DNA of 64,000 nt, from positions 558,001 to 622,000 of the forward strand of contig LSRY02000031.1 of NCBI GenBank assembly GCA_001643675.2, in the 5' to 3' direction. The position numbers were made by a program, and so were the translations under genes. The notes beneath the pieces were generated by a model, which worked only from the letters and a program-made list of their open reading frames with translations, did not search any database and had not been told where the DNA came from. Origin of the DNA: Monocercomonoides exilis PA203. Lineage: Eukaryota; Protista; Preaxostyla. Positions 13,329 to 28,245 of the stretch are shown piece after piece; position 1 is the stretch's first letter, and each line of letters starts with the position of its first letter.

Positions 13329-16323
13329 GGTGAAGACGAAGTTCAAGTCGAAAAAATGTGAATATATGTGGTGATAGAGAAATGTGCAATCAGTCAAATA
13401 ACATTTCTGAAGAAGATGATGAGGATGCTTTGCATAATGTCGTTGATTGGCCAAAACGTCTCATTTGATGTGTAAACTTCAGATTGGTTTGAAAAATTCA
13501 ATCACAAAATATGTTACGAACTGATTGTGGAAATCAATAAAGTTGTATTTCTTCAAAGTCATTTTCCCTCTTTTTGCGATTTCCTCTCCATTCCTCTCAA
13601 AAACAGAAAATGATAATATCCCTCTATTTATTTTCCTTTCCATTCCCTTCTTTCATTCAGCTCACAAACTTCTCAGAAAATATCAATCCCCTCCTTTTCT
13701 TCATCTTTCCCATTCTCCTCCAAAAAATATTCTTTTCCTCTCATAAAAAATACACTTCTTTCAAGCCTTTCAACATTTCTCAATTTTCCTCTTCTTTCCT
13801 GCTTTTGCCCTCTTTTCTTTCTTTTCAAAATCCATTTCTCCAATCAACAATAATCACCTTCTTCATCATCCTCAGCCACTTCTCTACATATTTACTATAT
13901 TATCTTCCCCAAATCTAGACCCACTCTTCTCCATCCCTTTGTCTCCAAAATTTCTTTCATTCAAAAAACCCTCTCGAAATATTAACATTCTCAAAAATAC
14001 TCAACTCCTTCCCTCAGCAACAAATAATCCTCTTTCATCTCTTCTCTGCACAATATCTCTCCTGTGCCAGATGTTGATGAAATAAACGAGATATATTTCT
14101 TTTGGTGGTTGAGAATATTATTAAAGGAGATGATCATGCCAAAAACAGAAAAAAACCCCTCTGGACATCCACCACAATGTGTACGGGATGAAAAGACCCT
14201 TTAATGAGATATACGAAGAATTTTGCAGAGATTCTTTCATTGTTGCATTCAACCATTCTGAGACTGAAATGAAGAGATTGATTTTTTGAATGATGAAGGC
14301 TGTGGAGATGAAGCTGTATGGCAAAAAACAGTCGAAGAGCGGTTTGGCATTATATATTTTTCTATATATGAATGTTTATCCGTTGACTGTTTTTGTGTTG
14401 TTTTCAGGGCAGGAAATGGAAAAGAATGAAAATGAATGAAAGCGGGATATCTCGTTGTGCAGGGTGACCACCGAGTTGGGAGAGTGAATTCATACGAAAA
14501 GTTTGCAGGGTGAAGATATTGAGAGGAAATTGGCTGCTAATTTTTGTTGAATCTGATTGGATTTGAATTGAAAAAGATGGAATTTGAGCAGAAATCAAAA
14601 ATTTCACATTTTTCGGAAGAGCAAGAAATCGATGCATTTGATGGAGAAACAACTGATGGAAAGGAAGGTTTGCGAATCAGATGATGAAACACGTGAAAAC
14701 CGAAGAAATAATTAAATTGAATTGGTAAAAGCAGTTGCCAATGGGATAAAATATAGAAAATTACTGAAAAATATGTTCTGAAGGTTTGCTGTTATTTTTT
14801 TTGAAGTGATTATTATTTTTTCATTCAGGATGTTGAAAAAGCGAAGGATCAGATGGCTTTGAAGAGGAAAAAGAAGAAATCATATTTCCACAATAGTTAC
14901 AGCGATGCACCAATTCTTAGAACTTCAATTTGGATAGCGAATGACAACTTTTTTGAGAAGGCATTTCATTTTTTGTTTGTGAACCCAGATCAAACCGACT
15001 GAGAAGTCAAAGGGATGAAAAAAGCGAATAAAAATTGCATGTTCAGATGAATCGACAAGAAACCTTATGGAAATTCTTCATCCAAAGATTTATCTGCATC
15101 AACATCATTTCATGTGATAGTGTGCCAGTTGCAGCAGAAACATTTCGATAGAAAAAGACTGTTTCATGAAGCGCACAAAATGTTTTTTCTGATTGCACAA
15201 TTAATTATTAGTGATTCATCTTTGTAGAATTATCAGCCAGAGATGCAACAGATCTCTTCTCGTTTGACTCAAATTAACAGAGAAAAGCCCCAACAGAGAG
15301 GTGCTTCATTCCCGATGTCTTTTCATCATCTTCTTCATATTTTGCCACAAACAACCGTTTTTAACTGTCTTCTTCGGCTTCATCTTCTTCCTTCTTTTGG
15401 ATACGTAATGAGCGAAAACTGAACGAATGAGATAAAAAACCATTCTTTTTGTGCGTTGATCGATAATCCATCGTTTTTGGAGACTCTTTTTTGGAAATCG
15501 TTTATGACATTCACATTGACTCAGATGAATGAAACAAGGAGAAGAGGGCAAAAGATAAAAAAGTTATTGAGTGAAGACAAGGAAATCAGCCCAACCGAAA
15601 AGAGAGACAAGTCACTTTTACAGAAATGCATCTGAAACAGCTTCTTCATCTTCATCGAGTTTTTGTTTGGAGAATTATCGTAATGTTCTGATAGAACAAC
15701 TATTTTCTCTCCAATCCAATCTGAAACAACTTCATTTGTGGGACATTTGAAGTTGAAGAGCAGAAGCACGCAATTGGATGGCATTTTGTATCTTCATAAT
15801 CTTCTTCTTATTCTCAATTGGTTTTGACGATTTTTGTTTCACCTTTATTGAAGCTTCTTCATTTTATTTCACTTCAAATTCAACTTCTGTGCTTATCTTC
15901 TATTCATACAATGAAATACCGCTAATTTCAGTTATTTCGGAATGGTTCAGTTTGCACACAAGGGGAAAATGCATTTCTTCTTCTCACTCTTCCTTCTCAT
16001 TTTAATCATCTTTTCAAAGAGAACAAGGTGCTTCAACCGGAAATGGCAGAGAAGGAAGCTTCCGAAAAAGCAAACGAGCGAGCGAATGCTGAATTTGAAG
16101 AGTGTTTTTTTGACGAAACATTGGATGAGGAAGCGAATCGAAGTCATTGAACAATTTGCTGAATGTTCTTTTTTTGTTGTTTCATTTCACTTGAAATAAG
16201 TGAATGAATGATCTTTTGACCAAAAAACTTCAAAACAATTGATTATTTTGAGTATTTTGTGAAATGATAAAAAAAGAAAAAATAAATACCATTAAGCAAC
16301 AAAATTCATTTCATCTCATTTTA

Positions 16324-17756
16324 TCAAGCATTCACAAAATAATCAGAAATGTCAAACGATAAACCGCAATAGTATTTTTTTTTCTTAAGAAAATGAAGCA
16401 ATTCACAAAAGCTTGTGATGACATCTTCGTATCCCTCTTCTTCCATCTTTTCAATGATCTTTGAAAATACCTTTCTTTTCGCTTCTTCCTTTTCAACATC
16501 ACCCTTTTTCTTCAATCGAATCGAAACATTCATAAAGAATTGCGCGTTTCCATTTACCACATGGTCATTCAATGTTGGCCTCTGAATCTCCTCCAAAACA
16601 GCATCGACGGCTCCACTTTTCAACAAATCTTCAATTTTCACAGAACTGTTACTTGCAACATACATTAATGAAAAAGTGCATATTCCACAAATGCCTGTGT
16701 AATTATGCTTCGCTGCTCGAAAGACTTGAACAATGCTGTTAACAAGCCCAGAATATTCTTCATTCCACCGTGCGCACGGGAAGAAGTTGAAATTAATGAT
16801 ATGGAGCCATCTCACCAAAATTCGAATTTTTTTTGATTCTTTTGCTTCTTTTCCTCTTTCTTCTTTCTTTCTCCTCCAATTCACACAATGCATCAGTTGT
16901 TCCAACTCTCTCGTTGCTTCTCTCTCAAAATGCAGCTCATTCACAATAACTTTCCCCAAGCAGTTTTCGTTTCCAAATCTGTTCATCAAACATCCCCAGG
17001 CAGATTGATAGGCAAGCTGCGTCAGATTGCGATTTTCCTGATGATATTGGATGATTTCTTTGATTTCATTCAGATACTTTTCTTTTTTTATTTTCTGTTC
17101 AAAAACAAGGGAAAAAATCACACCAAATATTCAGAGAAAATGCACAAACATAGATGGAATTAATGTAACTCAGCGCCAACAGAACCATTTCCACCTCTTT
17201 CTGAGCTTCCTCGTTTTCCTTTTCATTCAATGCAAATTTCAGCAAGCAAGGAATACTAATTGAAACCAAGTCTGAAGATGAAGCATCGTTTAGCAAAAGA
17301 TAACACTCACAAAGATCAACAAGAAGCTTTTCATTCTTTTCTTCTATCTTCTCATTTTCACTTATAATTATCTTCTCGAATCTAGACCTCAATGAAGATC
17401 GTATAAAATCCAGGTTCCATAAATTCTTCAGAACGGAGCAATATCCCATGTGTTTCAACAGTTTCAAGGCATTCTCCAAATCTATTCTTTTTTCTTCTAT
17501 CATTTTATGAATTTTGTTGAACAGTTCTTTTGCACAAACAGAAAGCAATTCGTCTCTATCCATCTCGTCCATTAGTCCATTCATTTCTTCAATCTTCTGT
17601 TTCTGTTCATCCTCATTGAAATCTTCCAGTTCAGAAAACAATTCTTCAATTAAAAAATAAATAACAATGCAATAAACAAGAATATAAATGGTGCGTCAAC
17701 TGCAAACGAGTGAACTTGTTAGTAATGCTCATCTCCTTCAATTTTTGAAAATCCAT
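16324..17756 (-). CDS. Lineage-specific alpha-helical (ARM/HEAT-like) hypothetical protein, multi-exon; paralog of 9279-10703
   Basis: Built from ORFs 17099-17641 and 16324-17121, with a probable ATG at 17756 (MDFQKLKEM). It has the same motif set and intron layout as the upstream paralog. Confidence 0.75.
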
Positions 17757-20199
17757 TTCAATCCCAAAAATAATGAAATTTTAACATAAATATTGCATTA
17801 ACATATGTTTGGAAAGCAGAATAAAATAACAAATAAATATATAAAACAGCCTTAATATACATGTGCTCACACCGTTGTTTTCTGCATTTGCATTTTGACA
17901 AAGGATTATGAAGAGAATCAACGTTTTATCTTTTTCTTTATTTGTTATGGATTCAATGATCGAATTGATTAATTTGAACAATGATATCAATTGGCAAATT
18001 GAGAGAACGTTGAGTGAACATTAACTTCAGAATTAGCAATATTATTTCCTGTGTTTGTGTGAATAACCAGAAAGGCATTCCCAACAACGGAATAATGAAT
18101 GATATTTTTTGTTTTTGGTTAACTGAAGAAATCCAACGATTTTATTGTTTAATAGAGGTATCGGTGTGTGCGCATTTTTTATTGTTCTATTGATTGCGAA
18201 GATATTTCCATCTATATCCTTTCCAAAGCCCAGGAATCTTGTTAATTGTTGAAATGGCCAATCTCCTCTATACGGAGCATAACGATGGGAATGGTGATAG
18301 CTAATGTGTAACAATTAGCAAATAAAGGAATATGTGCAAGTGCCATGATTTTCATAATGTTTTTAATTTGAAACAAGAAATATTCACAAATTGATTAAAT
18401 TATTTGTTGAATGAAGATTAAAGAGGATGGAATTCTATGGGGGAGAAATCCGCACGAAATTATATAGCATTTAGGGACATAAGGCAGAAGGAACAGTCTG
18501 TGGTATTTTTTGGAGGCAAGGAAAGTGGTTTTCCATATCAAGAGAAGAAGATTAATTGCGAAAAAAAGGGAAGAAAACAACAAAGCAATGCGATTGGAGC
18601 ACAGAAGAATTTCATGTTGATTCATCTTCATCTTTTTTTTGCGATCAGAAGAAAATGCTTGTGCGATATGGAATTTTTGCTGTTCATTCGAGAAGATAAT
18701 CCATTTTGCTTCAAAACAGAATATGATAGAAAAATGTGAGTTCTTTTAAAATGAAGCATTTGATTGGATTCTCCAGAAAAAGAAAATTTGTGTTTGGCAA
18801 ATGAAAATGCTGTTTCACCATCTTGTTAATTTGGGGCATATTGAACTGGAAGGAGCAGTGGGATAACAAATTTGCTTTGATCTGCTTTGACTGCATCAGG
18901 GCTGCCAGAATGTTTTGCCATCGCATTCTTCATTTTCTTCCTTCATTTCATTTCACCCTCTTCCTCCTCTTCATCTTCTTGTTTATCGCATTCTTCTATT
19001 TCCTATTATCCTTTCCCGCCTCTTCTCGCTCCTCCGGCACCGCCAGCGCAATCGCTGCTGGCGACAGAACTACATCCTCCATCCTCAGCCCAACCGCCTA
19101 CAACCACTTCTCCACAATCTCCCAAACTTCACACGCTGTAACTCCTCATCCCATCACTTCATCGTCCAGCACCACCACCGCACGCCTCGACTGCAGCGAT
19201 CGCGACACCAGCCGCGCTATCGCCGACGGCAGCAGCGACGGGTCAAACAGATCGTAGATCCACGGGAATGCATTCATACAGCCGACACAAAAATCTGCTT
19301 TTCCTCTGGCTTCGTTCCCACAGACGCTGCATGCGACGGAAGCTGCGCCACCAGCGGAACCGAAAGCATCGCCGAAAGCGCCACATCGTACGCACACACA
19401 ACACCCCCATACAGCACCGCCCGCCGAGCCACAACATATCCCCGCAGAGTCTGCAGCGCCCGTTGTGCCACATCAAATCCCGGCTACAACAGTCTCATGT
19501 ACCGCACATACACCCAAGCTGCCTCAGTACCACAATCCGCAGCCGTCTCTCGATATCGTCCATCACTGCTGCTGAAGTGCATGAAGCTGCCAATGCTGAT
19601 GCTCTGAAGATCTATTACATGCGCTAAATATGATGAAGAAGATGAAGATTGTTTATGCTCTGTTGCTTCTTTTCTGCGTTTTTGTGCAATTGGTATGGAA
19701 AAACAGAGAGGCATTCAACTTTTATCACAGATCGCGCTTTCTGTCGTGATGACACAGAAATGCGAGGAAAACAAAAGCCCTATTTGTTGAATTGCTCACT
19801 TCAATCATCTTCCTGGTACTTGATAACAATCATTCCTCGCCTATATGGAGAGTGTTAAATATTCAACAGGCATCCATGTTTCAAATAAAATATTTATTCA
19901 TTTTGAATAATGAAAATATTCTATTTCCCCTCCGAGAAATATAAGCTGAAATTTTCACTAAAGCTTTTTTTATTCGAAAAAATCAAATGCTGATTTACAA
20001 AATATTATTTATCAAAATTGCAAATTGATGAAAAAACCAAACAACTGCACGAAAAAAGTTCCAAAAAATATCAAAAGAACACATTTGTTTTAATATATAT
20101 TTTCATCATTTATCTTCGAATAATTAGCAACATTCAGAAAAATTATTAGATCAATAATTGTAATATAAAGTCTTGATTTATCTGTTTTTTATTTTGTAA

Positions 20200-23100
20200 A
20201 TGAGTGGGCAATTACTTTTATTCATTTGTTTGCACATAGCTAAGGCACTTGTAATGCAAGATTTCTTTCGAAGGCATGAGTCGAATAATCATAATGTTTG
20301 TTCTGGTGCAAGTTCTTATTGTTAACTCATTAATTCTAACTAGAGAGAACTATTTCCCGTAGAGTTGAGAATAAACCAGACTAAGGCAACCGAAAATAAT
20401 TCAAATATTATTTATGAAGTGAGAGAACTATTTCCTGCTCCAATCACGGAGATTATTTCTTTTTTTTCTATTTTCAATTCTTCTGTGGGATTGAGGTTGC
20501 TAACGATGGATCATCATGCTGTTTCGTCTTTTCTACTCTCAATAACATATTCTAGAACAAGAATCGAATCATGCATCATCTTCCAAAATTCTTCATCTTT
20601 ATTTTTATTACGAGAAAGTTCAATTTTTATTGGAAACTTGAGCTTACTTCAAAAAGCAGAAGCGTTCACTAACAGTCTCATATCTTCATGTTACGAATTT
20701 TCTTCTTTTATTTTGAGTGATTCCATTTTTTCAAATTTGGTCATATTTTCTACAGACAATTTCCTTATTTCTGGAAAGAGCCAAAGCGAACAGATTGATG
20801 GCTGCGCCTTCAAAAACATTTCTGTGAAGCATGACAAAAACAATTATCGCCATATTGATCATTCTTCTTGTTTAAGTTTGATGGAGAATTGCCTTATATC
20901 ATCTTCTATGAACGTTCTTGAAGGAGGGATTGTGAGTGGAACAGAAGGATCTGGTTCATTCACCTGCAACAATTGCACATTTATTCAGAATGAAAGAACG
21001 GATCGGAAAGTGAGAAATACAGACAGACAGTCAACAACTCAAACACAGACATACAAGAATGCTGAATGGATTGGATGCTCTGCGCCTTGTGGAGGAGCAC
21101 TGTATGTTCATGACAATTCGAGTGCAACGCTGACAGTTGAGAATTCGTCATTTGTGAAATGCAATGCGACATCCACAAGAGGAGGGGGAATATTTGCTTT
21201 GAATATTGGAGAATGCACTGTGAAACATTCCACATTTGTTGAGTGCTATTGTGTGTCATCAACAAATTATGGAGGAGCTGGGGCAGAAATTTCTGGAATG
21301 ACAATCCAGGTATTTATTGAAAACTGTTTGTTCAAAGATGAATGGTCTGAGAATGATGCTGGAGGACTTGGGATTTGGAGATCAAAAACAGAAAAAACAA
21401 AAGATTGTGTATTAAATTGTTTATTTCAAAATTGTAGCGGGCATAATTCAATAGATGGTGATGGCGGAGGCTTTCTTCATTGGTTTGCAGTTGACAAAAT
21501 CGTTATCAGAAACTGCCTTTTTCAAAGTTGTCATTCAGATTGCAATGGTGGTGCTGCAAACCTAATGACGAACGAATATAATGGAAATCTTTTGTGGTTT
21601 TGCTTTTTCCACAATAACACAGCACCATATGGAAATGACATTTATGTGCATGATTATTCCACAGACTCCCAGATTGCTTTCTGCTATTCAACAAGAACAG
21701 AAGGGGTTAGGTATTATGCAGGTGGAGATAAAAGTGATTGGCTTCCCAATGAAGGAGGAAGAAGCAGATTTGTTGCTTCGGTGGAGAATCAGACAAATGC
21801 AAAAGACACATTCAGCTGTGGGTTGAATGAAAGTTGTGCATGTCTCACAATCAGCCATTGCCTTTCCCAAATGATTGAAGGGTTTGTGGAGGAAATAAGG
21901 GTGTTGAGTGGAACAGTTGTGGAAGAAAAAGGAATTGATGTTGGAGAGAAAACAATCTCTGTGAATGGGGTTTCTTCAGCTGGTTCTTCCATTGAAACAA
22001 AATTCGAGGGAAATGGATTGAGTCTGTTTTGTATTGGAACAGGGGAATTGGCTGTGAGTGATCTATCTGTGATCCACAGCACATCGTTTGAAAACAACAG
22101 GCGATGCAGACTGTTTGAGGTTGAGGGAAATGGGTTGATGGATGTGAAGAGAATAAACATTTCGATGGATTCTGCTCATTCAGAAGAGAGGAGCATTCAA
22201 AACTCACTTGTGAAACTGGAAGGGGGAGAGTTGAAGATGCAAGACGTGAGATGGGAACAAACATTCAGCACCACGAGTGTGATATCACTTTCTCAAGAAT
22301 CATCTGTGACATTGTCTCTGGATAACTGTGTGTTCAGCAACATTGTGAGAACAACAGCCGGATCATCTCTGATAAGTGTGAGTGAAGGGTCATATTCGAT
22401 AACTCTTGATGGATGCACGATTGATGGGTGTGGGAATGAAGACTGTGAGTTTGGAGGGGGAATGATGGTTGAAGTGGGAAGTGGGAGTTCATTGAAGATG
22501 AATGGAGGCTTTGTGAAGAACTGTTATGCCTCGACCACTCAAGGCAGAGGAGGAGGAATTGGGCTGAAAGTGAAAGACATAAGTGCAGACTTTCTGATTT
22601 CATCAGGATTTGAAGGGAACAGGGCCAGATGGGGAAGTGACATTTTTGTTGACTCGATCGATCTGGAGTCAACTGCAACAAGTGGGAAGATCGCTTCATT
22701 GACTGCCTCATTGGAAACAAAGAGCAAGATGCAAGGATATGAAAATGGGGATGAATCGTTCCCAATTCCACTGTGTATCTATTTGTGGAACAACTTTTCT
22801 GCGCCAGCGTTTGTGGGAGGAGGATCACTGAGCCATGATTTCTCGAAGTGTGGATTTGAAGAGTTTCCATGTTCATCCATTTTGAAGGCAGTGTCGCTCC
22901 ACTATGAAGGGGAGAAAAAGGATGTTGCTCTTCTTGAGCCATTTGTCTTTGAGGAGGAACTGGGATTAACTTCACATGAATGGAGCATTGCATCCAAAGA
23001 GAATGAGATGAAGTGCGATGTTTGTGATCAGAAAGAGGGAGCTCAAAGTGGATTGATTGAAAACACAGTTTCTGTGTCTGTGACTGGTATTGTATTTTCA

Positions 23101-26100
23101 TTGAAGAAATCGCTGACCTTTCATGAGAGTGTGTTTGAGTGTCATTCAGGGAAGCTCACACTGAATGGATGTGGGATGGAAGGAGGGGATGAAGCTATTT
23201 CGACTGTGTTTGTGAAGGCTGTTGGAGGGGTAGTGGAGGTGAGTGAGTTTGGATCAGAGAATATGAAAATTGGAGATTCATCGATATTTGCTGTTGAGGG
23301 GAATGCTGAAAGTGTGCCTTCGATGAATATGACTAATTGTGATTTTTCCGAAATCACATTTGATGATGGGTGTGTTGTTGAGTGCCGCGAGGGGATTATT
23401 GAAGAGATGTCAGGATGCACATTTTCATCGATTACTCGTTCACGGGGAAGTGGAGGATGCATCAGCATTGTGAACAATGAGGATGATGATGATTATGGAA
23501 GAGATTTCAAAGTGAAAATAAATGACTGCACATTTGAAGGGTGTGCTATTACTGGAGAGGAGGGATATGAGATTGGAGGAGGTGCACTCTTTTGTGAAGC
23601 ATCTTCGAAAGCGAATCTGTTGATAAATTTGTGTTCGTTTTATTGTTGCAGAGCACCATATGAAGAGGGAAGTGTTGGATATGGAGGAGGAATAATGCTG
23701 AAGATACTGAAAGAGGAAGAAGAAGAAGGAAAGGCAGGGTTTGTGATATCTTCACCTGTTTTTTCATCTGAGAAGCCAAACAATGCGAAATATGGGAAGG
23801 ATCTGTTCATTTCATCTCCATCGCTTGCCAAGAGCATCAAGAACGAAACCCTGCCATTTGTGAAAGACAAACTGGAGATGCTGTCAGAGGACTCTCTGAT
23901 GGGATATGATGGAGAAAACAAAGAGTGTGCAATCCCGCTGATCTATTTCTGGAAAGAAGTTGGATCGAGTGTGTATATTGCAGAGGAAGGAAACAATGTT
24001 GTTGTGTGTGGCTTTCCAAATCTTCCGTGCCAATCTGTTGATTATGGGATGAATCGGATCGGCAGTTCAACAGTTGAGACGATGATGATTCATGGGATTT
24101 GTGATGTGAGGAGTGTGATTGGGATGAATGGGATGAAGGTGGAAGGAACAAATGGGGAGTCAGACAAAATCCAATTTGTTCAAACACTTGAAGGGGATGG
24201 AGATGATGTTGTTGAATGCAAAGGGGTTGTTCAGTTCAGTGAATTGGGGATTCTGATTCCCAGTTCCTTTGACAACGGAGCAAATATCCTCATCCAGACA
24301 GGATCAGATTCAGTCAAAACGAGAGTTGTGAGCTGTTCAATTAATAGGAGTAACAACGTGGAAGATGAGGTGTCATTTGTTCTGATCAGTGCTTCGAAAG
24401 GAATTGTTTTGATTGAAAAAACAAAAATAGCTGGATTCTCAACGATGCATGAGATAATGAGCATATCAGCTGATTGTGTGACAACCATGAACAGTGTGAC
24501 ATTTGAAGATATTTCATTGAACGGGAAAAGTGCAATTGCGATGAGTGAAAGTGTGTTTCCTGGAGTTGGGAATGATAATGCAGAAGAAGTGTGGAATGTT
24601 CAATTTGAACAATGTTCATTTGTGAATGTGAAGCACAGCGCGTCAAACAACCCTTCATTGCTTTGTTGTGATGTGTCGAATGATGTGAGATTGAAAATAT
24701 GGAACTCAACAATTGATGGATGTGGATCGACAAGCTCGAATGAAGGAGGAGGGATGTTTTTCCTTCTCAACGAAAGGGGAAGATTGGAAGTGAATCACAC
24801 AAATGTGACAGAGTGTTTCTGCTCGAATATTGGGAGAGGAGGAGGACTGTTTTTGAAATCACAGAGTGTCTCGCAGAAGGCATTGCCATTTGTGCTGTCG
24901 AACATCACATTCCTTCGGAATGTTGCATCGAAGGGGAGAGATGTGTTTGTGAAGTGCACAGACCTTGACTCGCAGATAAGTGAGTCACAGTTCCTGATAA
25001 ACTTTGGGGAGCCATTTGTGAGGGAGCTGGCGATATGGGGGTGCACAGCAGACAATTATGGGGATGAAGAGGATCTGCTGAGGAGGGTGTTTGTGTTCAG
25101 GAGCGAATTCATATTTGTTTCATCGATTGTGGAGAACAGCAGCGACAGCAAGCAGTGTGGGGAGATGAAGAGCACATGCACATCGCTGAATGTTGGGGTG
25201 AGCCACATCATCCCATCGGATTATTCTCTGCTGTTTGTTTGGAATGAAACAGAATTGACTGGTTCGTGTTCAGCTGAGAAGGTGACGATCAAGTCGATGG
25301 AGGCGAGCAGGAATGGGGAGATAAAAGTGAGAGAGATTGAGCTTGTGGGTGAGGGAGTTGTGAGAACTTCAGAGTCTGTTCGATTTGAGAAGGTGTCATT
25401 TGTTTTTGGTGGAATGGGAAATGTTGTCTGTTCGTGCTTGATACACCAGCTGAATGGATCTCTCATTCTGGAATCTGTTTCATTCTTGTCAGAGAGCAGA
25501 ACAACAGAAAATACACAGACCCTTTTTGACTTTTCTCTGATTGTTGTTGAAGAAGGGTTGTTTGAGGCAGATCGGTGCATTGTTGGACACTTGAAATTCT
25601 CGAAGCCTGTGTTTCAGATATTGAGTTCTGAAAGGGCAACATTTGAGGATGTGGGAGTGGATGATGTGGAATGCAAGAGTTCGTTGATTGAATGTGGGAA
25701 AAGTGAGAAAGTGAGTGTTTCGAAGTTGGGAGCCACAAACATTGACTTAGAAGAGAGAAGCCTGATCTCACTTGAAAACAGCCACTCACCACTCGTTTTG
25801 TTATTGATGGTATCATCATTCACAAACATCAGCCGATCGAGTGATGGGTCTTGCATTGTTTGCACAAGTCAGCCGATGAGTGGATTTGAGATGTGCAACT
25901 GCTCTTTTCACGAGTGCACATCAGATTCGCCAAAGGGGAGCCAAGTGGCGATAGCATTGACACAGGAGATATTGATGGAATTGTGTGTGTTTGAGGGGAA
26001 TCTGGAAACAGGAACAGAAAGGAATGAGATTTCTGAGGAAGTCTGCAAATGGAATGGTTCTGTTGTTGATTTCACAAATTGTTCTGTAGAATTGAGAGAT

Positions 26101-27729
26101 ACAACAATCTGCAACTCCTCAAAAGGAGGAATGAGTGTGAGTGGAGGATATGTGATGATTGAGGCAGGTAACTTCAGCAACAACAGCCCTTCGATTGAGA
26201 ATTACCCATCTGTGCGAAGAAACATTATTTGCTCTGATTCTGCTTCGCTGACAATCTCCAGTTTGAAAGGTGGTGATGGAGTGAAAGACAATTCATCACT
26301 TTGGATTCTGAATGAAGGATGCACGCTTGATGGAATAGCAGGAGAAAGGTCATCTTCATTTTTCATTTCAGTGTTGGAGAGTGTTGAAGCAAAGGAAGTG
26401 GGAGAAGAAGTGGAGATTGTGTTCAAAGGGAAGCTTCTTCTCCCATGCGACTTGTCATTCATGGTTGTGAAGCAGATGGGAGAAGAAAAGCAGATTGAAA
26501 AATATGAGTTTGATGAAAGTGGATGTGTGTCAGAGACCGAAGTTGAAGGGAGACTGCCAAAAGAGATGATAACGGAAGCAGGAGAAGGGGTGGAAGTGAG
26601 TGTGTGCATTCTGTTTGGAGATGGAAATAATCCATCATCAACAAATTCATTCATTTTAAAGAATGCAAGCATAACTCTTCCAAAAGGCGATGAAATAATG
26701 TTTAAAAGTGAGAATAAAATTGAATGGAGTTTATTTGCCTTTATTGGATGTATTGTTATTGTAATAATTCTGTTATTTGTGATTGTTGTTGTTGTGCTCC
26801 TGAGAAAGAAATTGAAGGAATTGGAAAGGAATGTAGAAAAAGAGAGATTAGAAAATGAGCAGATAATGGGGAAGATTGAGAGGAGAAGAAGAGAAGGGAA
26901 TGGAGGGAGCTTTGAGATGAGTGAAATGCCATCCACATTACTGGAAGGGATGACAAGCCAAATTCCGCTTCTCATTGACAACGATGATCTTCCAGAGCCT
27001 CAGTCAATGAACAATGATGAAATACTGAATGAAAACGATCTTCCAGATTTGGAATCTTCATTGCCATTTTCTGAAGATTGTTCTATTTCCTTGGTATCTC
27101 AATCTCATTCACTCAATGTGATATCAGCGAAGAAGCCATTTCGAGAGAAGGAGAAAAAGAACATCAAAACATTACATTCAGTAATTCATTCGGTGCAAGG
27201 TAATTTCACACTGGGAACAAGAGCGATTGATGTTGTTGATGGGAAGGAAGTGGTTATGGAAGTGGCAGAGCTGTTTGAGCATTTGATTTCTGTTGGAGAT
27301 GAAAGGGTGGAAATGATGGGGAGGCAGTTGTGTCCATATACAATCTTTGTTGAAGAAGGGAACGAAAATGAAAAATACATATTGACTGAAGAATTGGAGG
27401 ATGAAAAGCAGAAGGAAGAAATGAAGCGATGGAAGGCTCCAGAAGAAGGAAATGAAGAAGATGGAATTGAAAAGGCAGTTGTTTTCGCACTTGGACTGAT
27501 TCTTCATGAAATGACAACAGGAGAGGTGCCTTTAAGCGAGTGCATTGCTGAAGAAGCGCTAGAGATGATGAAAGATGGGGTGCGACCGCTGACAGAAGGA
27601 ATCGAAGGAGAAGATCTGGTTGAGGTGATGGAGAAGATGTGGGCAGATGAGCCAAACGAAAGACCCACATTGGCAGAGATGAAAGAATTATTGAGAGAAT
27701 TGAAAGAAAACAATGAAGAGCAACAATGA
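20200..27729 (+). CDS. Giant type-I membrane protein: signal peptide, pectin-lyase-like right-handed beta-helix ectodomain (GG[A/G]x / FxxN repeats), TM helix, degenerate kinase-like tail
   Basis: The ORF 20365-27729 is 2454 aa. An upstream ATG at 20200 (MSGQLLLFICLHIAKA, signal-like) is probably joined by a short intron ending at ~20343. The TM segment is WSLFAFIGCIVIVIILLFVIVVVVLL. The tail RWKAPE..AVVFALGLILHEMTTGEVPL..MWADEPNERPT matches kinase subdomains VIII-XI only. Confidence 0.85.
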
Positions 27730-28245
27730 ACAAAAGATAAAAAATCCATTCTGATTGAACAACAAATAGATAATCACAACTGATTGTAAAATCAATCACC
27801 ATTTAATCTCAAATTCATTGAAATTGTTAAATGCCCGACTCTAATTTTGCGTTATTGTTTGTCAGATAAAAGAAGCATAATACAATTCATTTTTAAAATA
27901 TCACTTCATTTTTTGTTCAATAAACAGAACAATTAGCAAACCTCAAAAGAAATTGCTTTATTTTCTCAGATAAAACTATATTAATTAAATAATATGAAAT
28001 AAATTATCTTGTTCAAAAAAGAGTTGAGCAAAAAACAAACAAAAATTGTTTTGCATTTTTTTCGCTGACTATAACAAAATTCATGTTATATAGCGAAACT
28101 TTGTCAGTTAAGTTCAGTTTTGAAAATGCGAAAAATAAAATCAATTTCGTCTGCTATCATTTTATTTATTCATTCTTTCGTGTGTATTGAAATATTAGTT
28201 ATTTATTTATGTATTAATTTCTCAATTAATATTATATTATATTTA

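Noticed and set aside
12921-13454. Poly-Arg, poly-Leu and FS-repeat ORFs
   Set aside because: They are translations of the GAAGGA microsatellite.
14000-16200. Coding-like K/E-rich fragments
   Set aside because: There are stops in all frames and no recognisable domain, so no product can be supported.
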